From Opitutia bacterium (GTDB lineage Bacteria; Verrucomicrobiota; Verrucomicrobiia; Opitutales; T3Sed10-336): a DNA stretch of 64,000 nucleotides. The stretch is taken from assembly GCA_050506795.1 (NCBI GenBank), contig JBJHCF010000003.1, positions 143,477 to 207,476 on the forward strand. The letters are read 5' to 3'. The notes beneath the pieces are model-generated. The model worked only from the letters and a program-made list of their open reading frames with translations. It was not told where the DNA came from and made no database searches. Below are positions 1 through 9,731 of this stretch, piece by piece (positions within the stretch are counted from its first letter, which is position 1; each line of letters begins with the position of its first letter). A program made the position numbers and the translations under genes.

Positions 1-4
1 CGGA

Positions 5-1738
5 TTGAGCGGTCGCGACGGAACGCAGCGATTTGTTTTGTGGATTCCGCGTTCCTGGGAGCAGGACGAGGCGGTCTACACCCGGTTGGAGGAAATGCTG
101 GCATTGGTCTTCGATGCGCTTCCCGAAAGACTGCCGGAGGACCCGGAGGAAGCTCGTGCGCTCTACGCGGATGTGGAAGCGTTTTCCCGCCCTTTGATTG
201 CCTCCGATTCCGAACTCGATCGGCATGGAATCGCGCTGATGGATTGTCCCGACATGCAGCGTCAGCATTCCGGGGAGGAGACGGGAGAAAACCGGCGATT
301 GGAGGCGATCGTCAGGGCGTCCGAACTCTGCGCCGGGGTAATTATCGTCACCCCCCGTTCTCAATTGGAAATCCGCGACCTGGCCGAACTCGTGCGCCGG
401 CGTCTGCCTCAGGCGGTCCGGGTTTACGCCGTCAATCTGATCCGTCCGCCCGAACCCCCGGAAGTGGTTTACCGCGAGTTGCTCCTGGCCTTGGGAAAAG
501 AGGAAGAAGACGTCATTTGCTACGGCGCCTATGATTTCCTGGTGCCGTCGTCCCGCGATTTCGCGCCTCCCTGGGACGAGTCCCCGAACCGGCCGGAGGA
601 ACTGCGCACGCCTTGTTTTTTTCGGGTTTTTCCGCAGGCGGATAAGAATCGTCCGGAAAGTGTTGCTTCCGACCGATCCATCCTGAGGCTGGCGGAGTGT
701 ATCCGTCCGGCCATGATGCGACAGAGGCGCCGGCAGGAGATTGTGGAGGATCTGTCGCGCCAGGTGCGCGAAGGCATCGAGGGACTCGAAAAACGGTCGG
801 AAGCGGACCGGGAGCGAATGGCTCTGGCGGCTGAAGAACTTTACCTCCTGGCGCGGGACCTGATGCACGACGCCGACGGGCGTTTGCGTATCAAAATCGA
901 TCCGGCCATTGTCATGAGCTTTAAGGAAAGTATGGAACGGACGGCGCCTCTGCACCTGAAGCCGGTCATGGCCATGCGCCGCCGCATGGTCGATCGAGCG
1001 GCCGAGGCGGTTGGGCGAGGCCGCGACGCCATCGTGCGTGCTTTTCCCTGGATGCGCGTGCGCGGCGGACGGTATGAGACCATAAAAAGCCGGCTGCAGA
1101 AACGATTGATCCAGGAGGAGGACATTCGCCAACTTCTCGAACGCTGGGCGGTGGCGGCGAAGGTCGACGCTCTGGACCGCGCCTGGGATACGGAAGCGCG
1201 TGAAATCCTGGAGCGTTATCGGGTAGAGGAAAGTACCGACATGACTCCGGAGGATTGGGACCGAATCACGCGCCGGATCTGGAAAAGCACCGGAAGGTTG
1301 CGGGCCACGGTGACGATTTTCGGTTCCTTCTTTGCCGGATTGGTCGCGGTGATTCTGATTCCATTCGACGGAGGCGTCTCGGTGCTCGGTATCACGGCCC
1401 TGGAATTGCTTGGAGTGCTCGGCTTCAGCGGCCTGATCGCCGGCGGTACCCTCAAATTGCTGGAAGAAGAGATGAAAGAAAAAATCGGCTACCGCCAATT
1501 CGGAAACTTTCTCGCCATCGCCGGGGATCGTATCGGAGTGCCTCGCGAGATGACGAACGAGGTCCTGCACCAACACAGTTTCCTGGAGCCCGCCATGGAG
1601 ACGGCCCCCGCAGACCGAACTTTCGGCGCCGCGGAGGTCGGTTGGCGGCTTTGCCGGGTCGATCCGCAACGCCGGAAAGCGCTGTTCCGCACGCTTGACC
1701 GTTTTACCCGGGAGGAACATGTCGCCCACACCGCTTGA
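5..1738 (+). CDS. Dynamin-like/TRAFAC GTPase family membrane protein, 5' end probably outside the window
   Basis: 577-aa ORF open to the window edge. It has a G3-like motif (LMDCPD), a long helical region and a C-terminal hydrophobic hairpin (IFGSFFAGLVAVILIPF...LLGVLGFSGLIAGG). The P-loop is not visible and presumably lies upstream. Confidence 0.55.
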   Translation: MSGRDGTQRFVLWIPRSWEQDEAVYTRLEEMLALVFDALPERLPEDPEEARALYADVEAFSRPLIASDSELDRHGIALMDCPDMQRQHSGEETGENRRLEAIVRASELCAGVIIVTPRSQLEIRDLAELVRRRLPQAVRVYAVNLIRPPEPPEVVYRELLLALGKEEEDVICYGAYDFLVPSSRDFAPPWDESPNRPEELRTPCFFRVFPQADKNRPESVASDRSILRLAECIRPAMMRQRRRQEIVEDLSRQVREGIEGLEKRSEADRERMALAAEELYLLARDLMHDADGRLRIKIDPAIVMSFKESMERTAPLHLKPVMAMRRRMVDRAAEAVGRGRDAIVRAFPWMRVRGGRYETIKSRLQKRLIQEEDIRQLLERWAVAAKVDALDRAWDTEAREILERYRVEESTDMTPEDWDRITRRIWKSTGRLRATVTIFGSFFAGLVAVILIPFDGGVSVLGITALELLGVLGFSGLIAGGTLKLLEEEMKEKIGYRQFGNFLAIAGDRIGVPREMTNEVLHQHSFLEPAMETAPADRTFGAAEVGWRLCRVDPQRRKALFRTLDRFTREEHVAHTA

Positions 1739-3542
1739 ATCCTGCCGGCAACTGGCCGACGATGTGGAACGGCATGCCGGCGTTCTCGGGCTGGAATGGG
1801 AGGACCTTGCCGTCGTCCTGCGGATGTGCGAGGATTTCCGGCGCTCCTGCGAAGAGGTCGCCGGAAACCGCGGCATCGATCATGTCACCATCGCGTTCAC
1901 CGGTCCAAAAAATTCCGGCAAAACCCGTCTGTTGTCGCTTTTCCTCACAGGGGAGGGCGTCCGGCGGCGATTGCGGGTCGGGTACGGGCGTTCCGACGCC
2001 ACCGAAAAAGTCACCTGGATCGGGCCGCGTCCCCCCGGCGACCTGCTCGAAGAGAGCGAAGCTCACATCCCCTGCCACCAGGAGGATCTGGTCGACCTGG
2101 GATTCCCCTATACCCTGGTTGATGTGCCGGGCCTGAACGAAGCGGAGGAGCGTCGGTCGGAGGCCGCGGTACGCGCGCTGGACAGCGCGCTGGTCAAGGT
2201 GTTGGTCACCGCCCAGCGCGAACTGGAAGACAAGGCGCTGGGAAGCTACCTGGCGCGGGCCGATGGCAGCATGATCCTTCCGGTAATCAATTTTGTGCGC
2301 GCCGAACCGCCTCGGGAGGATATCGACGAGTTTCAGGCCATGTTGCGACAGGTATTGCCGCACAGCGAGGTGCGACCGCCGGTGTTGGTGCGTGACGGAG
2401 CCATCGCAGGTCGCGAGGAGGGAGGCGCCGGCGGCGGGGAGATCCTCCAGCGAGACGCGGATAATCTGCGCCGCGCGATACGCGAAGCGGCCGGACCGCG
2501 GCGTTTGCGGGATTTACCGCAGGCGCGGTTGAATCGGAAGTATCGGCAGTTTAAGGACGACATGGGCCGTTTTATGGCGGAGCGCCTGCCCGCCAGCCGG
2601 CGGGCATTGGAAGCTTTGCGCGAATCGGAGGAAGGGTTGCCGCAGGAGACCCTGGGGCATTTGTTGGGGGCGGACCGGAACCTCCGCGCCGGGGTTCGCC
2701 AGCGGCTGCGCGCCACCCTGTTGCAGCGCACGCCATACGTTTTGTTTCCCTGGCGGGCGGCGCTGGCGCTGGCGAACCTGCTGCACGGTGCGGTGGAGCG
2801 GGTTCCGCTCGCTCTCATGGGCAGCATTCCGGCCTGGGTTTCCGGCGCCTTTACCGCCGCCCGCAATGTCAAGGGGGCCCGCGATTTCAACCGAGGCGTG
2901 GAAAGCGGTGTGCGCGGTTACGTGGAGGGCGCCGTGCGCGAAAAGATCCTCCCCAAAGTCCGCGACCTGGAATTTGTGCTCCAACGTGAGGTGCGGGCGG
3001 GCCGTGAGGAAATTCCGACCACCCCGACGGATCTGCAGGTGAAAATATCCGGGCTGGACAACCTGCAATCACGCTCTTCGGAAATCTTTCATTCCGCGGT
3101 GGAGCGGTGGTCCCCCTCCCGCGGCGCGGCGACTCTGATTGGTCTTGTCGGATTTCTGGTTTTCTGGGGATTCTTTGCCTGGCCGGTCTACGGGTTGTAT
3201 CTGGATTTCTTCGACGCCGTGCGCGGACTTTGGGTTGACGAAGGCGGCGCCTCCGGCCGTTTTCCTTCGGCGCCTTTCGGGATGCTGGGAACCAGTTTGC
3301 TGCTGGCATTGTTGCCCATGGGATTCTTCATGCTCGCTTCGGTTTCGCTTTTGATCCGGCCCGGAAGGGTGACTTCCTGCCTGGAGCAAATCCGTAGCGG
3401 ACATAGCCGCGCGGTGGCCGAACTGGTCGATGCCGGACTTCTGAGAATCAAAGTCGAACAACCGCGCATCGACGCCTGCCTTTTCCTGCTCAAGCTGGCT
3501 CCGCAGGAAGCGGAGGAGAACTCCTCGGACCATCAGGCTTGA
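1719..3542 (+). CDS. Dynamin-like GTPase with C-terminal transmembrane helices
   Basis: P-loop GPKNSGKT, G3 LVDVPG, degenerate G4 VINF, helical stalk, two hydrophobic segments near the C-terminus. ATG at 1719 follows GGAGG and overlaps the upstream gene end. Confidence 0.7.
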   Translation: MSPTPLESCRQLADDVERHAGVLGLEWEDLAVVLRMCEDFRRSCEEVAGNRGIDHVTIAFTGPKNSGKTRLLSLFLTGEGVRRRLRVGYGRSDATEKVTWIGPRPPGDLLEESEAHIPCHQEDLVDLGFPYTLVDVPGLNEAEERRSEAAVRALDSALVKVLVTAQRELEDKALGSYLARADGSMILPVINFVRAEPPREDIDEFQAMLRQVLPHSEVRPPVLVRDGAIAGREEGGAGGGEILQRDADNLRRAIREAAGPRRLRDLPQARLNRKYRQFKDDMGRFMAERLPASRRALEALRESEEGLPQETLGHLLGADRNLRAGVRQRLRATLLQRTPYVLFPWRAALALANLLHGAVERVPLALMGSIPAWVSGAFTAARNVKGARDFNRGVESGVRGYVEGAVREKILPKVRDLEFVLQREVRAGREEIPTTPTDLQVKISGLDNLQSRSSEIFHSAVERWSPSRGAATLIGLVGFLVFWGFFAWPVYGLYLDFFDAVRGLWVDEGGASGRFPSAPFGMLGTSLLLALLPMGFFMLASVSLLIRPGRVTSCLEQIRSGHSRAVAELVDAGLLRIKVEQPRIDACLFLLKLAPQEAEENSSDHQA

Positions 3543-3690
3543 GTCGGATAAGAGTTCGTGAAGGGCTTCAGTTTCGCATTTCACGAAACCTTTGGAATTG
3601 AGTTTCGAAATCGCGGAAAGAACGATCAGGTCCTCTTTGGCCTACGGCGGGATCTCCGAAGACTCTTTTTGTCCTAGGGATTGTTCCAGT

Positions 3691-6600
3691 GTTTCCAAGC
3701 CACTTGGGTGCGATAGCGACAACCGGGCCAAGGCGGCATGGGACCGGCTCAAGAGGTTTCCAAGCCACTTGGGTGCGATAGCGACGGATTGCCGGAAGGG
3801 CTGGCGGCCATGTATTATGGAGTTTCCAAGCCACTTGGGTGCGATAGCGACGCTTCCGGGACTTGCTGCTGCTGATCCGTCTCTTGAGTTTCCAAGCCAC
3901 TTGGGTGCGATAGCGACGGGAAACGCATACCTGTTTAACTTTTCGTGCGAGGATGTTTCCAAGCCACTTGGGTGCGATAGCGACGATGCAGCAGTCGATC
4001 CCCGGGATAGGGCAATACGTGTTTCCAAGCCACTTGGGTGCGATAGCGACCGAACGCGGGCTATTTGCAGACGCTGAAGCGTACGGGTTTCCAAGCCACT
4101 TGGGTGCGATAGCGACGGCCGGCCGCTACTCACCAAAGCCGGAGCGCTGAAAAGTTTCCAAGCCACTTGGGTGCGATAGCGACCGTTTTCCCTTCGCGCC
4201 GGGAGGGGCGGGTTTCACCGTTTCCAAGCCACTTGGGTGCGATAGCGACACGACCCCGGCCGCGTTCCGCGTCAATGCGGTAAACGTTTCCAAGCCACTT
4301 GGGTGCGATAGCGACCCTGGAGTACAAGCGTGCTGCCTGGCATCCCGCAACGTTTCCAAGCCACTTGGGTGCGATAGCGACGCAGGAACTGCGTCAGGCG
4401 GTGGCGGCGGATCCGTTGTTTCCAAGCCACTTGGGTGCGATAGCGACACCGACGAGGATTTCGTGCGCTGGGATGGCGCGATCGTTTCCAAGCCACTTGG
4501 GTGCGATAGCGACGCAACTTTCGTAGTCAGGGCGGGTTGGGTCTTGGAGCGTTTCCAAGCCACTTGGGTGCGATAGCGACGATTCGGGGTTGTTCCTGCT
4601 CTTTCTGGAGAGTTCGGGTTTCCAAGCCACTTGGGTGCGATAGCGACGGCCTCGGAAGGGAAAGGATGGATGAGAATTAGGGAGGTTTCCAAGCCACTTG
4701 GGTGCGATAGCGACGATTCGGGGTTGTTCCTGCTCTTTCTGGAGAGTTCGGGTTTCCAAGCCACTTGGGTGCGATAGCGACTTACCGACGATTTCGACCA
4801 TGACGACGGCACGTTCACGTTTCCAAGCCACTTGGGTGCGATAGCGACGGTCCAAAAGGTGGTTTCTTTGCGCTGGCGGGCCAAGTTTCCAAGCCACTTG
4901 GGTGCGATAGCGACGGCGCCATCGCCGAGTGGATGAATGTCCAGAGCGAAGTTTCCAAGCCACTTGGGTGCGATAGCGACCCGGAACATTTGATGGGGCG
5001 CGATCCGACATTGAGATGTTTCCAAGCCACTTGGGTGCGATAGCGACGAGCCATACAAGGGAACCCTGGCACTGACGGTTCTAGTTTCCAAGCCACTTGG
5101 GTGCGATAGCGACCCGGCCGTCGCCGCGATGGACCAGGCGCTCACCAACAGTTTCCAAGCCACTTGGGTGCGATAGCGACGGAGAGCGTCGGCGGCCCGG
5201 TAGTAGAGATCCGTATGTTTCCAAGCCACTTGGGTGCGATAGCGACGACGAGCAGCCCATCACCCCGCAAAACCTTTCCGAGGTTTCCAAGCCACTTGGG
5301 TGCGATAGCGACAGGTTGTCCACCACCGGCGCGTCGCCGCCCGTCGGGGTTTCCAAGCCACTTGGGTGCGATAGCGACTTCCCGCTCCATGGCGGGCGGA
5401 TCGGCGAGAGTTGCAGTTTCCAAGCCACTTGGGTGCGATAGCGACCGTGCTGATGCCCACCAAAACGGCCAGGATCTGGTGTTTCCAAGCCACTTGGGTG
5501 CGATAGCGACCACGCACCTCCCTCAGTGTTTTGTAGGCGCTCCTGGGTTTCCAAGCCACTTGGGTGCGATAGCGACATCCCGAGGTAAATGAGATTGCGC
5601 AGTTCTGAAGGAGTTTCCAAGCCACTTGGGTGCGATAGCGACCCCACCTGGTCATTCGGCCGCGAGGGCAACCAGATAAGTTTCCAAGCCACTTGGGTGC
5701 GATAGCGACCTGAGAGCGGCGAGGACGAAGAGGAAGAGGATTACAGTTTCCAAGCCACTTGGGTGCGATAGCGACGGAGATTCGGTGAGATCGTAATTCA
5801 AACTCTCCAATGTTTCCAAGCCACTTGGGTGCGATAGCGACATCGAGGAGAGGCGACGGACGGACGGGCAATACACGTTTCCAAGCCACTTGGGTGCGAT
5901 AGCGACCCTGGCCGCCGATCTCCGCGAGGCGATCGATCACCGTTTCCAAGCCACTTGGGTGCGATAGCGACCAAGTGAGAGAGGATGCGGCTCTGCGTCA
6001 ACAAATGTTTCCAAGCCACTTGGGTGCGATAGCGACGACCGGTTTCGGGGTGCCCTGGTTGCCGGTGATCGGGGTTTCCAAGCCACTTGGGTGCGATAGC
6101 GACGAGCCTTCCGTTGCTCACGAAGGATCGGCTCAATCTGTTTCCAAGCCACTTGGGTGCGATAGCGACGGCAAACTCGCTCGGATTCGCGCCGCCATTG
6201 CCGGAGTTTCCAAGCCACTTGGGTGCGATAGCGACGCGGTCGCGGGCGTGTTTGCGGGTGAGTTGTTCGAGTTTCCAAGCCACTTGGGTGCGATAGCGAC
6301 GGTGAAAAACCCGCCTCTAAACGGGCAGGAACGCAAGTTTCCAAGCCACTTGGGTGCGATAGCGACCCGCGCAACCCTCGGCGTCATCATCCCAGACCTT
6401 CATCGTTTCCAAGCCACTTGGGTGCGATAGCGACTCGGAACGATGCTCGCCCTGACCCGAACCGTTTCGCGTTTCCAAGCCACTTGGGTGCGATAGCGAC
6501 CCTGGGAGGTTTTGCGGAGTTTTGAGTGGCTGTCTGTTTCCAAGCCACTTGGGTGCGATAGCGACTACGGGTCCGGGGATCGGTCTGGGCGATTACCTGG

Positions 6601-6830
6601 GTTTCCAAGCCACTTGGGTGCGATAGCGACTCAAACAGGCGGAGCCGGTCGACTCTCCCGGATCGGTGTTTCCAAGCCACTTGGGTGCGATAGCGACGCG
6701 CGAAACGTCGGGGACATGCGGGGAGGCGGGAGGAGTTTCCAAGCCACTTGGGTGCGATAGCGACTTCGGCAGCTTGGCTCGGGATCGAATTGTTTCTTTT
6801 GTTTCCAAGCCACTTGGGTGCGATAGCGAC
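3691..6830 (-). CRISPR. CRISPR array: 48 copies of a 30-bp repeat (minus strand GTCGCTATCGCACCCAAGTGGCTTGGAAAC) and 47 spacers of about 35-38 bp
   Basis: Repeats counted by hand from 3691 to 6801, period about 66 bp. Orientation inferred from the 3' GAAAC end and from the position of the leader and cas2. Confidence 0.99.
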
Positions 6831-6976
6831 CCCGCGATTCTGGCGGGATCTGGATAGCAAAAGCCTTTTGGAATGCGGTTTGCGCGGTATGTTCGATTTA
6901 GGTTTGACTCAATTTTCTCTGTCGATCCCCGGTGATGTTTTCACGTTCCCGTTCAGTCATAATGTGCATTGGTTGG
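6831..6976 (-). promoter_or_regulatory. CRISPR leader
   Basis: Non-coding, relatively AT-rich gap between the cas2 stop and the first repeat. Confidence 0.8.
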
Positions 6977-7237
6977 TCAGAGGATATTGGAAACATGTCC
7001 TTCGCCCGTGCCAAGTTCTTCTTTTTCGAGCATCTTTTCGTTATCGACCTTAAAGAAGACGATGTAGCTACTCGGATGGCGTACTTTTTTCAGGAGATGC
7101 TTGATTTCAACATATTGAGCTTCAGTCACGTTTCCTTCGAAAACGGAACGTTGATTCCACATCAAATGCTTTTTCAGTGACTTGTGGAGCTTCGCGCAGT
7201 TTTTCCGGTCCGTGTCGTAAACAATAATCAGATACAT
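6977..7237 (-). CDS. cas2: CRISPR-associated endoribonuclease Cas2
   Basis: 86 aa with N-terminal MYLIIVYD and a QRSVFEG motif; directly downstream of cas1. Confidence 0.95.
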   Translation of the reverse strand: MYLIIVYDTDRKNCAKLHKSLKKHLMWNQRSVFEGNVTEAQYVEIKHLLKKVRHPSSYIVFFKVDNEKMLEKEELGTGEGHVSNIL

Positions 7238-7276
7238 CGAGAATACGGTTCAAAGTTTCAATTCTCAGGTTCGTGT

Positions 7277-8323
7277 TCAGTAGTTGATTCGGTGAGGTTC
7301 GTAGGGCGCGTCTTCCAAAAGGTGCTTGATCAGCTTGTAGCAGTCGAGCCGGAGCAATTGTCGGTAGGAAACATGACGATTCAGCCGCGGGTGCGCGACA
7401 GTCGTCTTCAAGAGTTCGTCCCAGCGTTCAAGGATTTTCTTCCGCGAGGCATCCTTGAGAAGGACTCCGTTTGAGTGGGCGTGAAAATCGGAGGCGCCGA
7501 TCTCCTGTCGGTCCCATAGGCGGAATAGAAGGCGGTCGACCAGCATGGGTTTGAAGGGTTCGACCAAATCGAGGGCGAGGGAGAAGCGACGAGACTGGGG
7601 GGAATGGAGATAGCTGATCCCCGGGTAAAGGGCGGTCCGGTAGAGTTCGGACACCATGGCGGTGTAGAGAAGAGAATTCAGAAACGAGATGAGGGCGTTG
7701 AGGGGGTTGTCGGGCGGGTGGTACTTGCGAGTGAATTTTTGGCCGGAGTCCGGGAGCCAATGTCTCCAGCATCCGTAGTAGTAGCGGCGTGCGGAGCCTT
7801 CCAATCCCATTTGACCGTCGGTATCCGGGGTCTGGTCGATCTGGTTCCGGAGGGCTTCGCTTTTCGATATTTCGGCGGCGACATCGGCGCCGCGTCGCTG
7901 ATAGTACCGGAGATTCGACAGGAGATTCCGAAAGGTTGCGTGCAGAATCTTTCCGGAAATATGAAGGCGCCGTTGCGGATCGCGGAACGCCTCCCCCTGG
8001 CGGATCACAAGGTCGCCGGAGAGTTGTTCTCCGTGGGGCAGAAACGTCCCGGAATGGTGACCGTAGTAATTAAAGAAGTGAACGGGAATTTTCTTTTGGG
8101 CGAGAAAGTTGAGCAGCTTCGAATTTAGGGAGGTTTCGCCGAAAACGTAAATCGCATCGACGCTTTCGACCGGGAGGTGAACGCGTTTGTCGTGAGCGCC
8201 GTCTTCGAGTATGGGCGAATCTTCGTCGGAAAAAACGCTGTCTTCGGACAGGGTAACCAGTTCGAAGGTCAGACTGTTGTCTTTACGCCGCAGCCGTCCG
8301 GATCGTGTCAGGTAAAGGTTCAT
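7277..8323 (-). CDS. cas1: CRISPR-associated integrase Cas1 (type I-B-like)
   Basis: Motifs GRLRRKDNSL, MGLEG, PPDNPLNALISF, SYLH, SLALDLVEPFKP. Confidence 0.97.
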   Translation of the reverse strand: MNLYLTRSGRLRRKDNSLTFELVTLSEDSVFSDEDSPILEDGAHDKRVHLPVESVDAIYVFGETSLNSKLLNFLAQKKIPVHFFNYYGHHSGTFLPHGEQLSGDLVIRQGEAFRDPQRRLHISGKILHATFRNLLSNLRYYQRRGADVAAEISKSEALRNQIDQTPDTDGQMGLEGSARRYYYGCWRHWLPDSGQKFTRKYHPPDNPLNALISFLNSLLYTAMVSELYRTALYPGISYLHSPQSRRFSLALDLVEPFKPMLVDRLLFRLWDRQEIGASDFHAHSNGVLLKDASRKKILERWDELLKTTVAHPRLNRHVSYRQLLRLDCYKLIKHLLEDAPYEPHRINY

Positions 8324-8435
8324 TCGGGCTTTGAATTTTGGATCGCGGATTTTCGATTACACAAGGGGAACGGATGTATTGATGGCGGAGGGCAGATGAA
8401 CGTTCAAGCAAGCTGGAAGCATGCTCAACTTTCGT

Positions 8436-8948
8436 TCAGGAAAAACAAAATTCGAAGAAGGCGCAGCTCTTGCAGTAAGGAAGTTTCACGACCGATGGAG
8501 GGCGGTCCCGGGAGATGACTTGCCGGGCTTCGGCCAGGGCGTCCTCTACCTCCCGATGGAACGCGCCGTTCCACTCGATCTCCTTCGTTCGTTTTTGTTT
8601 GGGATAATGAATGCGGGCGCCGCGGATGTCGATGCCGTGGTCACGCATCCACACCATGTAGTACTTGACCTGAAGCTCGTCGGCGTAAGCCGGCGTTTTA
8701 CCTTTCTTGGTCTCGTGAAGTATCCCTTGTTTGAACTCCGCCCAATCGATCACGCCGACATCGCCGAGGGGAATGTCCTTTTCCTTCCGGTCGAAAGTCG
8801 AGTTTTGGATGTGCTTCCCGATCTTCACGTTGACGTGAGCGTTTTCCGGCTTGATGCCGTGTGTGTGCAGCCAGAGTTTGCGGCGGCAGATTTTCAGGTA
8901 GGTCAGCGCCGTGGCGGTAACGGGAGCGGGCGGGCTTGACATGGCCAT
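8436..8948 (-). CDS. cas4: CRISPR-associated exonuclease Cas4
   Basis: CRRKLWL, RecB-like ID...ETKK...QVKYY, and C-terminal CKSCAFFEFC Fe-S cluster ligands. Start is at 8948 or 8942; the longer ORF overlaps the antitoxin gene. Confidence 0.93.
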   Translation of the reverse strand: MAMSSPPAPVTATALTYLKICRRKLWLHTHGIKPENAHVNVKIGKHIQNSTFDRKEKDIPLGDVGVIDWAEFKQGILHETKKGKTPAYADELQVKYYMVWMRDHGIDIRGARIHYPKQKRTKEIEWNGAFHREVEDALAEARQVISRDRPPSVVKLPYCKSCAFFEFCFS

Positions 8949-8973
8949 GTTTTTAGAGGAACCTGGCCATGCG

Positions 8974-9309
8974 ATGCAAGTGAAAACCGCGGAGTTAAAA
9001 AACAACCTGAGCAAGTATCTGCGACGAGTGCGGGAGACCGGGGAGTCGATAACCGTTTGCGACCGGGACAGGCCGGTGGCGGTTCTTTCGCCGTTGCCGG
9101 CGGAGCAAGTCGAGGTGGTGGAGAATCGCGAATGGCTGAAGGAGCGGGAACGGATATTGAAGAAAGCGAAGCGGTTCGGCGTTCGCCTCACCATGCCCAA
9201 AAAGAAGCCGCGACCGATGCGGGAACTCGGGATTTATCCGACGGTGGCGCCGGACGGGCGGACGGACATCAAGACGATCGACCTGGTGCGCGGCGGACGC
9301 GATTATTGA
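8974..9309 (+). CDS. Phd/YefM family antitoxin
   Basis: MQVKTAELKNNLSKYLRRVRETGESITVCDRDRPVAVL is a typical Phd/YefM N-terminus; it sits directly upstream of a PIN toxin gene. Confidence 0.88.
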   Translation: MQVKTAELKNNLSKYLRRVRETGESITVCDRDRPVAVLSPLPAEQVEVVENREWLKERERILKKAKRFGVRLTMPKKKPRPMRELGIYPTVAPDGRTDIKTIDLVRGGRDY

Positions 9310-9315
9310 GGAGCG

Positions 9316-9717
9316 ATGGTAACCTACTGGGACACGAGCGCGCTGCTCGCCTTGCTTTTCGAAGAAGTGCATTCCGCTCGGGCAAAGGCGGCCAACGACC
9401 GGACTGATTCCTTCCTTGCCTGGCGATGGATCGAAGTTGAGGCGCGCCTCGGGTGCGACCGACGAAACGCAAATCCGATCCAGCTGGATTTTCTCGACCG
9501 GTGGTTGAGCAACGCGGAATACGCAAATCTTCAGGAAGACGACTATCCCGTACTGATCGACCTCGGTCTCCGCCACAAACTCCGCGCTGCCGACGCCGGA
9601 CACCTGCACTCCCTTCTCCAGGTCCGCCGCCTCTTTCCCGAGATCGCTTTTGTCTGCTTCGACGAAGCCCTGACCGCCGCCGCGAAGGCGGAAGGAGTTG
9701 CGGTTTGGGAGGGGTGA
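9316..9717 (+). CDS. vapC: PIN-domain (VapC family) toxin
   Basis: 133 aa with acidic PIN motifs YWDTSALL, EVE, LRAADAGH, FVCFDEAL. Confidence 0.9.
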   Translation: MVTYWDTSALLALLFEEVHSARAKAANDRTDSFLAWRWIEVEARLGCDRRNANPIQLDFLDRWLSNAEYANLQEDDYPVLIDLGLRHKLRAADAGHLHSLLQVRRLFPEIAFVCFDEALTAAAKAEGVAVWEG

Positions 9718-9731
9718 GTGGGCGCAGTCAG

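Noticed and set aside
3570..3690. Possible degenerate terminal repeats (GTTTCG...) beyond the trailer end
   Set aside because: Similarity is limited to about 5 nt and is out of register with the 66-bp period.
3995..4006. Spacer segment GTCGATCCCCGG also occurs in the leader near 6920
   Set aside because: Only 12 nt, in the middle of the spacer rather than the seed; compatible with chance.
3568..6860. Many ORFs with recurring peptides (SLSHPSGLET, FPSHLGAIAT, VAIAPKWLGN)
   Set aside because: These are translations of the CRISPR repeat, not genes.
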